Of a stretch of 32,000 bases of DNA, positions 16,995 to 26,263 are shown one piece after another. Positions within the stretch are counted from its first letter, which is position 1. Every line of letters begins with the position of its first letter. The notes under the pieces were generated by a model. The model did not search any database and had not been told where the DNA came from. It saw only the letters and a list, made by a program, of their open reading frames with translations. The position numbers were made by a program, and so were the translations under genes. The stretch comes from Candidatus Nanosynbacter lyticus. Its GTDB lineage: Bacteria; Patescibacteriota; Saccharimonadia; Saccharimonadales; Saccharimonadaceae. Location: the NCBI RefSeq assembly GCF_030253515.1, contig NZ_CP124549.1, forward strand, positions 720,001 to 752,000. The letters run 5' to 3'.

Positions 16995-18113
16995 TTATTC
17001 CCACCGAAATAGCTTGATCGCCGCAATGTAAACAACGAGAATCCACGCAGTTACGGCACCAAGTTGCGGTAGGACCTCGATCAAACTGGCGTGCTCAGTC
17101 ATGATCAAGCGAAATCCTTCCGTAATCGGGGTCATCGGGATGAACTGAGAAGCACCGCGTAACCATTCTGGGAACATGTAGAGCGGGAAAAATGCACCAG
17201 ACAAGAACATCATCGGGAAGGACACGAGGTTGGTTAACGGTGCCGACTGGTTTTCATTCTTTGCCCAGCCACCAATTAATAGACCTAGGCCCACCATCAT
17301 AAAGGCCGCCAGCACCGCCATAAGGACGAAGAGCCCCCAATCGCCACGCATATTAAATTGGAATACGAATGTACCGACAATCACCATCATGACGAGGCTC
17401 AACAGCGAGATGATGACATAATGAATTGCCATAGAAATAATCAGCTGACCCGAGGTAAACGGCGCCGCACGCAGTCGGCGGTAAGAGCCGCGCTGCTTTT
17501 CAGCTGGCATTTGATTAGCCAAACCGAAAATACCCATGCTCATCAAGCTAAAGGCGAGTAGTCCTGTAAAGGTATAGTCAAACGACTTCAACTGCTCATC
17601 GCCAACTGCTTTACCGGCGGCTTTAATTGGTGCTTCCGGCTGGCCCAGGTGCTTATTGATCTCATCAGCAACCTGACCCATCACTGCGGTCAGCGCACTA
17701 CCAGTTTGCTCCGATCCCTTGCCGTACAGCACATTGATCGTACCGGCTGGCTTGGCATTATTGCCCTCTCCCTTTACTTCACCAAAACCACTCGGTAGTT
17801 CAATGATGCCGTTCAGCTCCGAGCGCTTGAGCTTCTCACGGGCATCGTCCATATCCTTGACATCTTTGATCTTGAGAACCGAATCTTTAGCGTTTCCCTT
17901 GGCGCTATCGACAAAATTTTTCGCAAATTCTGTTTGTGAATTATTGATAATCGCCACATTAAAGCTGGTTGATTGATCCTTAAAGATTGAGCCAAATATA
18001 AACAAGAATAGCAACGGAAACAAGAAAGTAAAGAACAGCGACATTTTATCGCGGATGAAACGTTTTTGCTGGGCGCGCACTTGCCCAAATACACCAGTCC
18101 AATATTTTTTCAT
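16995..18113 (-). CDS. ABC-2 type transporter permease
   Basis: 372 aa. An N-terminal TM helix, a large extracytoplasmic loop and a C-terminal bundle of 5 TM helices, typical of ABC-2 exporters. It starts 1 nt after the ATPase stop. Confidence 0.75.
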   Translation of the reverse strand: MKKYWTGVFGQVRAQQKRFIRDKMSLFFTFLFPLLFLFIFGSIFKDQSTSFNVAIINNSQTEFAKNFVDSAKGNAKDSVLKIKDVKDMDDAREKLKRSELNGIIELPSGFGEVKGEGNNAKPAGTINVLYGKGSEQTGSALTAVMGQVADEINKHLGQPEAPIKAAGKAVGDEQLKSFDYTFTGLLAFSLMSMGIFGLANQMPAEKQRGSYRRLRAAPFTSGQLIISMAIHYVIISLLSLVMMVIVGTFVFQFNMRGDWGLFVLMAVLAAFMMVGLGLLIGGWAKNENQSAPLTNLVSFPMMFLSGAFFPLYMFPEWLRGASQFIPMTPITEGFRLIMTEHASLIEVLPQLGAVTAWILVVYIAAIKLFRWE

Positions 18114-18114
18114 A

Positions 18115-18879
18115 CTACTCCCGAATCGCCTTTCCTGTTAAATCAATAAATACATCCTCCAAATTGGCCTGCTCGACAACTTGCTTTTTCTTGAAACCGC
18201 GCGCCAATAGTTGCTGGATCAGATTGTGCGGCGTATCAATGGTGATAATCTTGCCATTGTCCATAATCGCCAAGCGGTCGCACAGCAGCTCGGCCTCGTC
18301 CATATAATGCGTTGTCAGCACGATGGTAATACCTTCGTCGCGAATCTCTTTGATCAAATCCCAGAGATTGCGGCGCGCCTGCGGATCCAGCCCAGTCGTC
18401 GGCTCGTCGAGGAACAACACCGTCGGGTTATTGACCAGCGTCGAAGCGATAGCGAAGCGCTGCTTTTGCCCGCCCGAGAGTTGCTCGACGTAGCTTTTGG
18501 CTTTGTCGGTCAATTGCACCTTGGCCAGCAGCGCGTCAGCGTCGACCGTTTGTCCGTACAAACTGGCAAACATTTTCAGTTGTTCGCGCAAGGTTAGCTT
18601 GTCGTAAAACATTGTCGACTGCAGCTGAATGCCGATGATGTTTTTAATGTGCTTCGGCTGCTTGGCAACGTTAATCCCGTCGATGGTCGCCGTGCCGCCA
18701 TCAATCGTCCTCAGTGCCTCGAGCATTTCTAGCGTCGTCGTCTTACCAGCGCCATTCGGGCCGAGGATGCCGAAGATCTCGCCTTTCTTGACCTCAAACG
18801 ACACGCTGTCGACGACATTCTTGCCATCGTACGTCTTGACGAGTTGGTCAACTGTTATGATTGGTTCGGGTTGAGCCAT
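18115..18879 (-). CDS. ABC transporter ATP-binding protein (ABC-2/DrrA-like exporter subunit)
   Basis: GPNGAGKTTT Walker A, the LSGGQKQR signature and LFLDEPTTGLD Walker B. AAAGGAG SD. Confidence 0.9.
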   Translation of the reverse strand: MAQPEPIITVDQLVKTYDGKNVVDSVSFEVKKGEIFGILGPNGAGKTTTLEMLEALRTIDGGTATIDGINVAKQPKHIKNIIGIQLQSTMFYDKLTLREQLKMFASLYGQTVDADALLAKVQLTDKAKSYVEQLSGGQKQRFAIASTLVNNPTVLFLDEPTTGLDPQARRNLWDLIKEIRDEGITIVLTTHYMDEAELLCDRLAIMDNGKIITIDTPHNLIQQLLARGFKKKQVVEQANLEDVFIDLTGKAIRE

Positions 18880-18903
18880 ACAAACTCCTTTCCGCGCTCT
18901 GTT

Positions 18904-18915
18904 TCAGCACTGCAT
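18904..18915 (-). promoter_or_regulatory. 3-codon mini-uORF ATG-CAG-TGC-TGA in the ABC-2 exporter leader
   Basis: It lies 24 nt upstream of the ATPase ATG (18879). GTGCT within it can pair with AGCGC just 5' of the SD. Confidence 0.4.
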
Positions 18916-18961
18916 ACCTTAGTGATAGAACGACTCCCTGCCAGCCTATCTTTAGTTAGTT

Positions 18962-18970
18962 ATTATAGCA
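18962..18970 (-). promoter_or_regulatory. extended -10 promoter (TGCTATAAT) of the ABC-2 exporter operon
   Basis: The minus-strand TGCTATAAT predicts a leader of about 75 nt. Confidence 0.5.
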
Positions 18971-19035
18971 CTCTGCGTGGGGTATGCAACCCGAGAGGGC
19001 TAGCCAAACCGACACGATGCCGTTATACTAACCAC

Positions 19036-19692
19036 ATGCCAAAGAAGCCCCACCTCTCTATCACGCGGCCGCACAGTCGCCTCAAGAAACGGTACGTGTT
19101 CGCGTTGGTACTAGTACCGCTAATGGCTGTTTGTATCAGTCTCGGTGCACTGTATTGGCCAAAAATTACTCATAAACTTCATTCGCTAGCAGCCGCTGGC
19201 AGCATTGATTCATCGCGCGGCGAGGTGACGTTCCCGCAGCTTGATACCACAAATTTACATCCGACCCGGCAAAAAATTATCAGCCTCGCCAAAACCGAGT
19301 TCGAAGCACAATCCGCTGGCACCAAGTTCAGCCAAGGCGTCCGTGAAGCCTGGTGCGCCGATTTTGTGAGCTGGATCATGCAGCAGGCGGGCGCGCCATT
19401 AAAGAATCCGCACACTGGCGGCTGGCGCATTCCGGGAACGTTTACCTTGCGTGAATATTACGAGGCGAATGGTCGCTTCAAGCCTGCTAATTCCGGCTAT
19501 CAACCGCGTCCTGGCGACGTGGCAATTTATCGTGGCTCGCCGGTGTTTGGTGATCACACTAACATCGTCTTAAAGGATGACGACGGCGTTTTGACCACCG
19601 TCGGCGGCAATGAGGCGAACCGCATCCGCGTGTTCGTCAACCGCGATAAGCGCTACGATGGACTGCTGGGATATGGCGTACTGGCAGAATAA
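19036..19692 (+). CDS. membrane-anchored CHAP-domain peptidoglycan amidase/peptidase
   Basis: Start set to MPKKPH (19036) because TATACT (19024-19029) lies 6 nt upstream. It has an N-terminal TM helix (YVFALVLVPLMAVCISLGALYW). The CHAP Cys lies in AWCADFVSW and the His in GDHTNIV. Confidence 0.7.
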   Translation: MPKKPHLSITRPHSRLKKRYVFALVLVPLMAVCISLGALYWPKITHKLHSLAAAGSIDSSRGEVTFPQLDTTNLHPTRQKIISLAKTEFEAQSAGTKFSQGVREAWCADFVSWIMQQAGAPLKNPHTGGWRIPGTFTLREYYEANGRFKPANSGYQPRPGDVAIYRGSPVFGDHTNIVLKDDDGVLTTVGGNEANRIRVFVNRDKRYDGLLGYGVLAE

Positions 19693-19741
19693 GCCTGGCC
19701 CGTCTGATGCGGGATCGCCCACGCCTAACCGAGTCGCCGCA

Positions 19742-20314
19742 TTACGCCGCGTGACTTGCCGCTAGCAAAAACGCCACCAATGTATCGGGCTGCTGCTCAG
19801 CCAGCCACGTTACGGCGTCAACGATAGCATCCTTGTTTGTGCCACCATTTTTGAGCTCCTCGAGGAGGCGCTTGACCGTCCGCTGCGTCTGGCCATCATA
19901 CCGATCGAGGCGCATCGCCTGAGTGACTTGCTTGACCTGATCGTCGCTGAGAGCAACGTAGGGCGAGACCACTTCGTGCGCATGCTTGGGACTGCGCTTG
20001 GCGGCTTCGGCTTTGCGTTGGAGGTTTTCGAGGCCTTCAATGGTTGCTCGCATCAAGGCCTCCGCCTCGTCCATGCCGCGCTGATAGGCCTGAGCAAATT
20101 CCTCTGAATTATCCCCACCCTCGGAAACGATCGCCGGCAAGAACTCAATCCGCATCACTCGGTGCATATAGGCATCGCCCATTTCCTCACCGGTCGCCAT
20201 CACCTCACTCCACCAGGCAACGAACCGCGAATTCTCAGGATCATGCAGCTCGCGCATAGCCGGTAGCTGCGCTAATTTATCCTTAAAAAAGTGAATCAGT
20301 TTCTTGATGTCCAT
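19742..20314 (-). CDS. hypothetical protein (helical, cytoplasmic)
   Basis: 190-aa ORF. TATAAT at 20323-20328, 8 nt upstream of the ATG. No family recognised. Confidence 0.55.
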   Translation of the reverse strand: MDIKKLIHFFKDKLAQLPAMRELHDPENSRFVAWWSEVMATGEEMGDAYMHRVMRIEFLPAIVSEGGDNSEEFAQAYQRGMDEAEALMRATIEGLENLQRKAEAAKRSPKHAHEVVSPYVALSDDQVKQVTQAMRLDRYDGQTQRTVKRLLEELKNGGTNKDAIVDAVTWLAEQQPDTLVAFLLAASHAA

Positions 20315-20374
20315 GTCGCTTTATTATACCCGAAAATAATGATAAGCACAAGCGCTACCCCGCCCGAGGGAGCG

Positions 20375-21283
20375 TTAGCGCCGCTTCAAAAAATAATAGC
20401 CAATCGCCAGCGCTGCCAGCGCACTGCCGCCGATAACCACCCAAAAGGTCACCGGACTCTCCGCGGCCGGCAAGGGCACATTCATGCCATACAGCCCGGC
20501 CACCATCGTCGGGATAGTCAGCGCCACCGTGATCACCGTCAGCAACCGAATCGTCTCATTCAGTCGGGTATCCATCACCGCCCGGTAGCTATCACGCACA
20601 TTGGTGATGGTTCGCAGCAGCGATTTACACCGGCTAATCACCTGCTCGAGGTCGATGGAAATATCTTCGACGTCATCCTTGTCGTCGTCCTTGAGTCGCA
20701 AGCTGCGATTGGCGATCAACCGCTCAATTGCCCAGTTCATCGGCAGCAAGGCATCCAGGTAGTCATTTAACTTGCGCTCATACTCGGTCAGGGTGACGAT
20801 ATCACGCGCCCGCAAGGTGTGAATATCGTCAGTCGCCGCCCGCATCTGACGATTGATGGTCGCCACCCGCCGCTGGTACTGACTTGATACCGCCTCAATC
20901 ATCGCCACCACCAGTTCAATCCGCCGCGATGTCCGCACTCGTGTCTTATCGATAAACGGCTGCCACAGCCGACCCAAGCTATCGCGCGACAATGTCACCA
21001 CATACTCTTTGTGAATGCCGAACAAAATTGGCGTGGTAAAATCATTAAAATCATCATCCGTATCCGGCAGCCGGGCGATCAAGTACGTCCACTCATCATC
21101 AAACTCAATACGCGGCACCTCGTGTGGGTCAAGCGCGTCACTAATCATATCCTCGTCCATCCCCAACGTCAGCAGCTCGGACACCTCCTCTTCGGTCGGT
21201 CGCTCACAGCGCAGCCAACTACCGCTACGCAGTGTCTGAATCGGCGCAATTGCCTCACCTGTTGAATGAAGATATTCTATCAT
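20375..21283 (-). CDS. corA: CorA-family divalent cation transporter, paralogue 2
   Basis: YGMNVPLP (GMN motif) lies between two C-terminal TM helices. Start set to MIEYLHS (21283) because TATACT (21290-21295) lies 6 nt upstream. Confidence 0.8.
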   Translation of the reverse strand: MIEYLHSTGEAIAPIQTLRSGSWLRCERPTEEEVSELLTLGMDEDMISDALDPHEVPRIEFDDEWTYLIARLPDTDDDFNDFTTPILFGIHKEYVVTLSRDSLGRLWQPFIDKTRVRTSRRIELVVAMIEAVSSQYQRRVATINRQMRAATDDIHTLRARDIVTLTEYERKLNDYLDALLPMNWAIERLIANRSLRLKDDDKDDVEDISIDLEQVISRCKSLLRTITNVRDSYRAVMDTRLNETIRLLTVITVALTIPTMVAGLYGMNVPLPAAESPVTFWVVIGGSALAALAIGYYFLKRR

Positions 21284-21353
21284 GTATTCAGTATAGCCTA
21301 TTTGAGACGTTTTTGGCACCTATTAGACGGCACTAAGCCTATGAGGGTCGTCA

Positions 21354-21393
21354 TCAAAAAACCACCAGTCAAGCGATCCGGCTGGTGGTTTTG
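21354..21393. terminator. rho-independent terminator ending the ADI operon (bidirectional shape)
   Basis: ACCACCAG / CTGGTGGT form an 8-bp stem (21361-21368 / 21382-21389) with a 13-nt loop, flanked by an A-run and a T-run. Confidence 0.75.
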
Positions 21394-21409
21394 AGTGTTA
21401 GTATGAAAG

Positions 21410-22363
21410 CTAACTCTTGATGCGCGTACCAGCGGTACCGTTGATAGCATCAGCAGTTTTTTCCAGCGAGGTAATGATCGCTGTACGGCCCGAAGCGCCA
21501 GCCACAAAACTCAGTGCCGCTTGGGTCTTCGGTAGCATTGAGCCGGCCGCAAACTGCCCAGCATCAATGTGCTGCTGCAGCTCCTCGGCTGATACTTCGC
21601 CAAGCGACTGCTCTGTCGGCTGACCAAAATTGACCTTAGCTGCATCAACCGACGTCAGGATTAGCAGCGTATCGGCCTCGAGCATATCCGCTAGCTTAGC
21701 CGCCCCAAAATCTTTGTCGATCACTGCCGCCACGCCACTCAATTGACCCGATGCATCACGCAGTACCGGGATGCCGCCGCCGCCAGTCGAGACCACCAGC
21801 ACGCCGGCGTCAACCAGCGCCTTGATGACGGGAGCCTCGACAATTTCCTGAGGCTTTGGTGATGGCACGACGCGCCGCCAGCCGCGGCCCGAGTCCTCGC
21901 GCACGGTATAACCACGCTCGACCTGTACCTTCTTGGCCTCTTCTTCTGAATAGAATGGTCCAATTGGCTTGGTCGGATGTTGAAATGCCGGATCAGCTTG
22001 ATCAACCACCGTCTGGGTAACGATGCTCACTGCATACTTGTCATGTACACCGCGAGTCGCCAGCGCATCGTGGATCGCTTGCTGCAGCCAAAAACCAATA
22101 AGGCCCTGGCTCATCGCACCAGAATCCTCCAGCGGTAAGCTCGGCACCGCCTCGGTGTTAATCGCTTCCTCGTGAAGGACGATGTTGCCGACCTGCGGGC
22201 CATTGCCGTGAACAATGGCTACGCGGTGGCCAGCTTGAATCAGCGGCAGGAGCTGGGCGATTGTCTCGTCAGCCACTCGCTGCTGTGCTTGGGACGAGGC
22301 CTCGCCCTGCTTTTGCAGGGCGTTACCTCCCAGCGCGACGACAATGGTTCGCTGCTGATTCAT
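21410..22363 (-). CDS. arcC: carbamate kinase
   Basis: 317 aa. VVALGGNAL and HGNGPQVG motifs. The ATG overlaps the upstream stop (TAATG). Confidence 0.93.
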   Translation of the reverse strand: MNQQRTIVVALGGNALQKQGEASSQAQQRVADETIAQLLPLIQAGHRVAIVHGNGPQVGNIVLHEEAINTEAVPSLPLEDSGAMSQGLIGFWLQQAIHDALATRGVHDKYAVSIVTQTVVDQADPAFQHPTKPIGPFYSEEEAKKVQVERGYTVREDSGRGWRRVVPSPKPQEIVEAPVIKALVDAGVLVVSTGGGGIPVLRDASGQLSGVAAVIDKDFGAAKLADMLEADTLLILTSVDAAKVNFGQPTEQSLGEVSAEELQQHIDAGQFAAGSMLPKTQAALSFVAGASGRTAIITSLEKTADAINGTAGTRIKS

Positions 22364-23916
22364 TAGGCGATGGCTCCGTATACCATGATAGCTACGAGGC
22401 TAATGATCGCAAAGACCACCATGATTGGCATTGAGCGCTTCAACCATGCACGGTACGACACGCCGGCTAGGGCCAGACCGCCCATCAACGAAGCAATGGT
22501 TGGCGCCATCATATTCAACAGACCCGATGCTGTTGCAAATGCGACAACGATGATCTCCTTGCTGGAGCCGACTAGGTCAGCCACCGGCGCGATAACTGGC
22601 ATAGTCGCTGCCGCTAGACCTGATGACGACGGAATGATAAAGCTCATCGGCAAGTAGAAAATGTAGGCCAGAACGCCAACCAAACTGCCCGCACCCTTCA
22701 GTGCAGATTCACCCCAGCTAATGATCGTGTCTTGGATCGCACCATTCTGCATCACCACGCCAACACCAGCTGCTACTGCGATGATCAGTGCCACACTCAG
22801 TAGATCGGCTGTACCTTTCAGGAAGGTGTCAACAACGAAGACTTCCTCTTTTTTGAATTGGCGATAATAAATCGCTGCGATAACTAAGGTTGACAACAGA
22901 AACAGGGTCGAGATTTCGTTGAAGTACCACTCACCAAATGGCAAGACATGATCAAGACCCAAGATAGCACCAACGACCGGTAGCCCTGCAAACCATTTAT
23001 GGATATCAGCGAACAGCGTGATCCCCCAGTTGCCCCACGGGATAAGCGAGATGATCATCAATAGGAAGGTGACGCCAAAGACCGCCATCACTGCTTTACG
23101 CGGACCGGTAAACTCTGGCACGTTGCTCATATCAAGTGCGGTGGTGGCTGGCTTATACCGAACATCATCTTTATACTTACCAGCTTTTACCTTTGAGGCA
23201 TATCGCATAGTGAACACGATAGCCGCGACCAAACAGAGCAGTAAAATTATTGATTGGAGACCCAACACATTACCGAGCGGCACGTCAGCCGACTTGGCAG
23301 CAATACCAGTCGAAAATGGATTCAAGGTCGAGCCAAGCACACCAACACCACCACCGAGCACGATCACCATCACCGCGGTCATAGCGTTGTAGCCAGCCGC
23401 CATCATGATCGGCACCACCAGCGCATAAAAGGCCACCGCCTCTTCCTGCATACCGTAGGTGGTACCACCGATAGCGAAGAACGTCATGAGAATCGGGATA
23501 AGCCATTTCTCCTTGCCCTTCATCTTGCGCAGCATGGCACCGAGCGTCGCATCCAGCGCACCAGTTTTCATCGTCACCCCGAGAAAGCCGCCGAGGATCA
23601 ACACAAAGACGATGACGTCGAGCTTCTCACTCATGCCCTTGATCGGCGCAAGTGCTGCATCCCACAAACCTTGGCGGGAGTCGGTGGTTGTCTCGGTGCC
23701 GTCATCGGCTTTTTTAGTAGTGACTTTATCAGTCTGTTTATACGTACCAGCGATGCGCACTGTCTTTTCCGCATCATTTGGATCTGGTTTTGTGTTGTAC
23801 ACACCAGACGGGATAATCCACGTCAGGACTGCCATCAAGGCAATCACCACAAACAGCACGGTAAAGGCTGAGGGCGAGCGCAGCTTTTTCTTAATTTTTT
23901 TCATTTTTTCTACCAT
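22363..23916 (-). CDS. arcD: YfcC/DcuC-like (ion transporter superfamily) permease, putative arginine/ornithine antiporter
   Basis: 517 aa and polytopic, resembling the 'C4-dicarboxylate anaerobic carrier / YfcC' family. It sits between arcB and arcC. AAGGAGG SD. Confidence 0.6.
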   Translation of the reverse strand: MVEKMKKIKKKLRSPSAFTVLFVVIALMAVLTWIIPSGVYNTKPDPNDAEKTVRIAGTYKQTDKVTTKKADDGTETTTDSRQGLWDAALAPIKGMSEKLDVIVFVLILGGFLGVTMKTGALDATLGAMLRKMKGKEKWLIPILMTFFAIGGTTYGMQEEAVAFYALVVPIMMAAGYNAMTAVMVIVLGGGVGVLGSTLNPFSTGIAAKSADVPLGNVLGLQSIILLLCLVAAIVFTMRYASKVKAGKYKDDVRYKPATTALDMSNVPEFTGPRKAVMAVFGVTFLLMIISLIPWGNWGITLFADIHKWFAGLPVVGAILGLDHVLPFGEWYFNEISTLFLLSTLVIAAIYYRQFKKEEVFVVDTFLKGTADLLSVALIIAVAAGVGVVMQNGAIQDTIISWGESALKGAGSLVGVLAYIFYLPMSFIIPSSSGLAAATMPVIAPVADLVGSSKEIIVVAFATASGLLNMMAPTIASLMGGLALAGVSYRAWLKRSMPIMVVFAIISLVAIMVYGAIA

Positions 23917-23950
23917 GTCCGGAGCCTCCTTTACTCCTGTATTACGACAT

Positions 23951-24940
23951 CTACAGCGTCAAAGCGATAACCGCCTTGATGGTATGCATACGATTTTCCG
24001 CCTGGTCAAAGACAATCGAATTTGGTGAGCGGAAGACGCCATCCGTCACCTCCATTGACTCCAGTCCGAAGTCGTCCCTGATGTGCTGACCGGTCGTGGT
24101 CAATGCATCATGAAAGGCCGGCAGGCAGTGCATGAACTTGACCTCAGGATTGCCGGTGAGGTTCAGCATGTCACGATTAACCTGGAAGTGACGCAGCTGA
24201 TTGATGCGCTCAGCGAACTTATCCTCTTCGCCCATCGACACCCAAACGTCGGTGTAAATGACATCGGCGCCGCGCAGGGCTTCCTCAAAATTATCAGTGA
24301 TAGTAATCCGCCCGTGATTCTGGTGCGCCAGCTCATGTGCGTGATGGACGAGGCCCTCCTCAGGGAACAATTCACGCGGCGCTAAAATCCGAAAATCCAG
24401 CCCCATGATGGCCGAGCCGAGCAGTAAACTATTGGCCATATTGTTGCGGCCATCGCCGACAAACACCAGCTTGACACCGTGCAGCCGACCAAGGTGCTCC
24501 TCAATAGTCATAAAGTCGGCTAGAATCTGCGTTGGATGGAACTTATCAGTCAATCCGTTCCACACCGGCACGCCGGCGTGCTTCGCCAAATCTTCTACCG
24601 TTTTGTGCGCAAAACCGCGAAACTCAATGCCATCAAACATCCGGCCCAGCACCTTGGCGGTGTCTTCGACCGTCTCTTTCTTGCCAAGCTGAATATCGTC
24701 TTTACCGAGATATTCCGGCGCAATACCGAGGTCGTTGGCTGCCACCGTAAAGGCACAGCGCGTCCGCGTCGAGGTTTTCTCAAATAGTAGCGCAATATTC
24801 TTGCCCTCATGAATCCGATGCGGCGTACCAGCGTACTTCATCCGCTTATATTCATTCGCCGTCGTTAGTAGCAACCGAATGTCACCCGCGGTAAAATCAC
24901 CCAGTGTTAGGAATGATCGCCCCTTCAAACTTTGTGCCAT
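23951..24940 (-). CDS. arcB: ornithine carbamoyltransferase (catabolic by context)
   Basis: [16 protein letters not shown] and HCLPAFH motifs. Its ATG directly abuts the arcA stop. Confidence 0.93.
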   Translation of the reverse strand: MAQSLKGRSFLTLGDFTAGDIRLLLTTANEYKRMKYAGTPHRIHEGKNIALLFEKTSTRTRCAFTVAANDLGIAPEYLGKDDIQLGKKETVEDTAKVLGRMFDGIEFRGFAHKTVEDLAKHAGVPVWNGLTDKFHPTQILADFMTIEEHLGRLHGVKLVFVGDGRNNMANSLLLGSAIMGLDFRILAPRELFPEEGLVHHAHELAHQNHGRITITDNFEEALRGADVIYTDVWVSMGEEDKFAERINQLRHFQVNRDMLNLTGNPEVKFMHCLPAFHDALTTTGQHIRDDFGLESMEVTDGVFRSPNSIVFDQAENRMHTIKAVIALTL

Positions 24941-26176
24941 TTATACATCCTCCCGTACCAGCGGCATACTCATACAGCGCGGACCGCCGCGGCCGCGGCC
25001 AAGCTCAGCACCGCTGACTTCTATAACTTCAACGCCGTGCTCGCGCAATTTTTGGTTAGTGACGTAGTTGCGGTCATAGGTCACCACTACGCCCGGCGCA
25101 ATTGCCAAGGTGTTCGAGCCGTCGTTCCACTGCTCGCGGGCTGCTGCGATCGGATCGCCGCCGCCACATTCGATCAGGGTAACGCTCGGTAGGCCCAAGG
25201 CTACTCGCAAGACATGTTCAAGATCCGTCTCGTGCGTAATGCGCGGGAACGGCTGACCCTCAACCTTTTCCAATACGAAACAATTCATCTTGCCGCCACG
25301 ATCGCGGATTTCTGGATGAATGGTAAACTTGTCCCGATCAATCATCGTAAACACCGTGTCCAGGTGCATGAAAGCGTGCGACTTCGGAATCTCCATAGCA
25401 ACGACTTTCTTAAAGCCAGAGCCAGCAAACAGCTTGGTTGCCATCTTTTCAATCGCCTCAGCCGTGGTGCGCTCCGATACACCGATGGCCATCACTTCAC
25501 TGCTCAACACTAGCTCATCGCCACCTTCGATCGAGAATTTTTCATGGCGATCATACCACACCGGCACATTCTTACCAGCAAACCGTGGATGATGATCAAT
25601 GATGTAGCGCATGAATAGCGACTCACGACGACGCGCCGGCCAGTGCATCTTGTTGATCGTCAGACCATGACCAATGGTTGCAGCCGGGTCACGCGTAAAG
25701 TACAGGTTTGGCATCGGATCGAGATAGAATGGATAGTGATTTTTCTCGATCATATTGTGCAGCTGCTGGTGCTGGTCTGGCGGCAGCGTGATCTCGTCCT
25801 TGCGCACACCAGCCATAATTTTACGCACCATCGCGTTCGTTGGCAGGTCCAGCAGGAACTGGCGCAATACCCTGGTGACGCGGCGTGACCCTTGCTTCGA
25901 ATTTGCCAACATTTCATCAACAAACTGCTCACGTAGTTGATCAGTATATAGCGCTTCGGTCACCAGCTGATCGAGATACAACACCTCGACACCGTGATCA
26001 CGCAGCACCCCAGCAAACGCATCATGCTCCTTTTGGGCGACCTGCAAATACGGAATGTCGTCAAACAGCAGATCAGTCAAGTAGTCTGGTGTTAAGTTTT
26101 CTAATTCTTCGCCCGGACGATGCAACAGCACCGCCTTGAGTCGGCCAATTTCTGATGTAATATGTAATGGATCCAT
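24941..26176 (-). CDS. arcA: arginine deiminase
   Basis: 411 aa. The N-terminus [15 protein letters not shown] and C-terminal [10 protein letters not shown] (catalytic Cys) are typical of ADI. Confidence 0.93.
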   Translation of the reverse strand: MDPLHITSEIGRLKAVLLHRPGEELENLTPDYLTDLLFDDIPYLQVAQKEHDAFAGVLRDHGVEVLYLDQLVTEALYTDQLREQFVDEMLANSKQGSRRVTRVLRQFLLDLPTNAMVRKIMAGVRKDEITLPPDQHQQLHNMIEKNHYPFYLDPMPNLYFTRDPAATIGHGLTINKMHWPARRRESLFMRYIIDHHPRFAGKNVPVWYDRHEKFSIEGGDELVLSSEVMAIGVSERTTAEAIEKMATKLFAGSGFKKVVAMEIPKSHAFMHLDTVFTMIDRDKFTIHPEIRDRGGKMNCFVLEKVEGQPFPRITHETDLEHVLRVALGLPSVTLIECGGGDPIAAAREQWNDGSNTLAIAPGVVVTYDRNYVTNQKLREHGVEVIEVSGAELGRGRGGPRCMSMPLVREDV

Positions 26177-26263
26177 ACCCCCATCCCCTTTTTGTTTATG
26201 GTTATACTAACAATATAGCATATACGCCCGAGAACACAAGTGTCGCTTAGCGAGCCGCGTGAA

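Noticed and set aside
26177-26263. ArgR or ArcR/Crp-type operators upstream of arcA (for example TGTTTATGGTTATACTAACA and the ACAC-AA-GTGT mini-palindrome).
   Set aside because: They match the ARG-box and TGTGA-N6-TCACA consensus only partially (4 of 6 per arm). This cannot be distinguished from AT-rich promoter sequence without comparative data.
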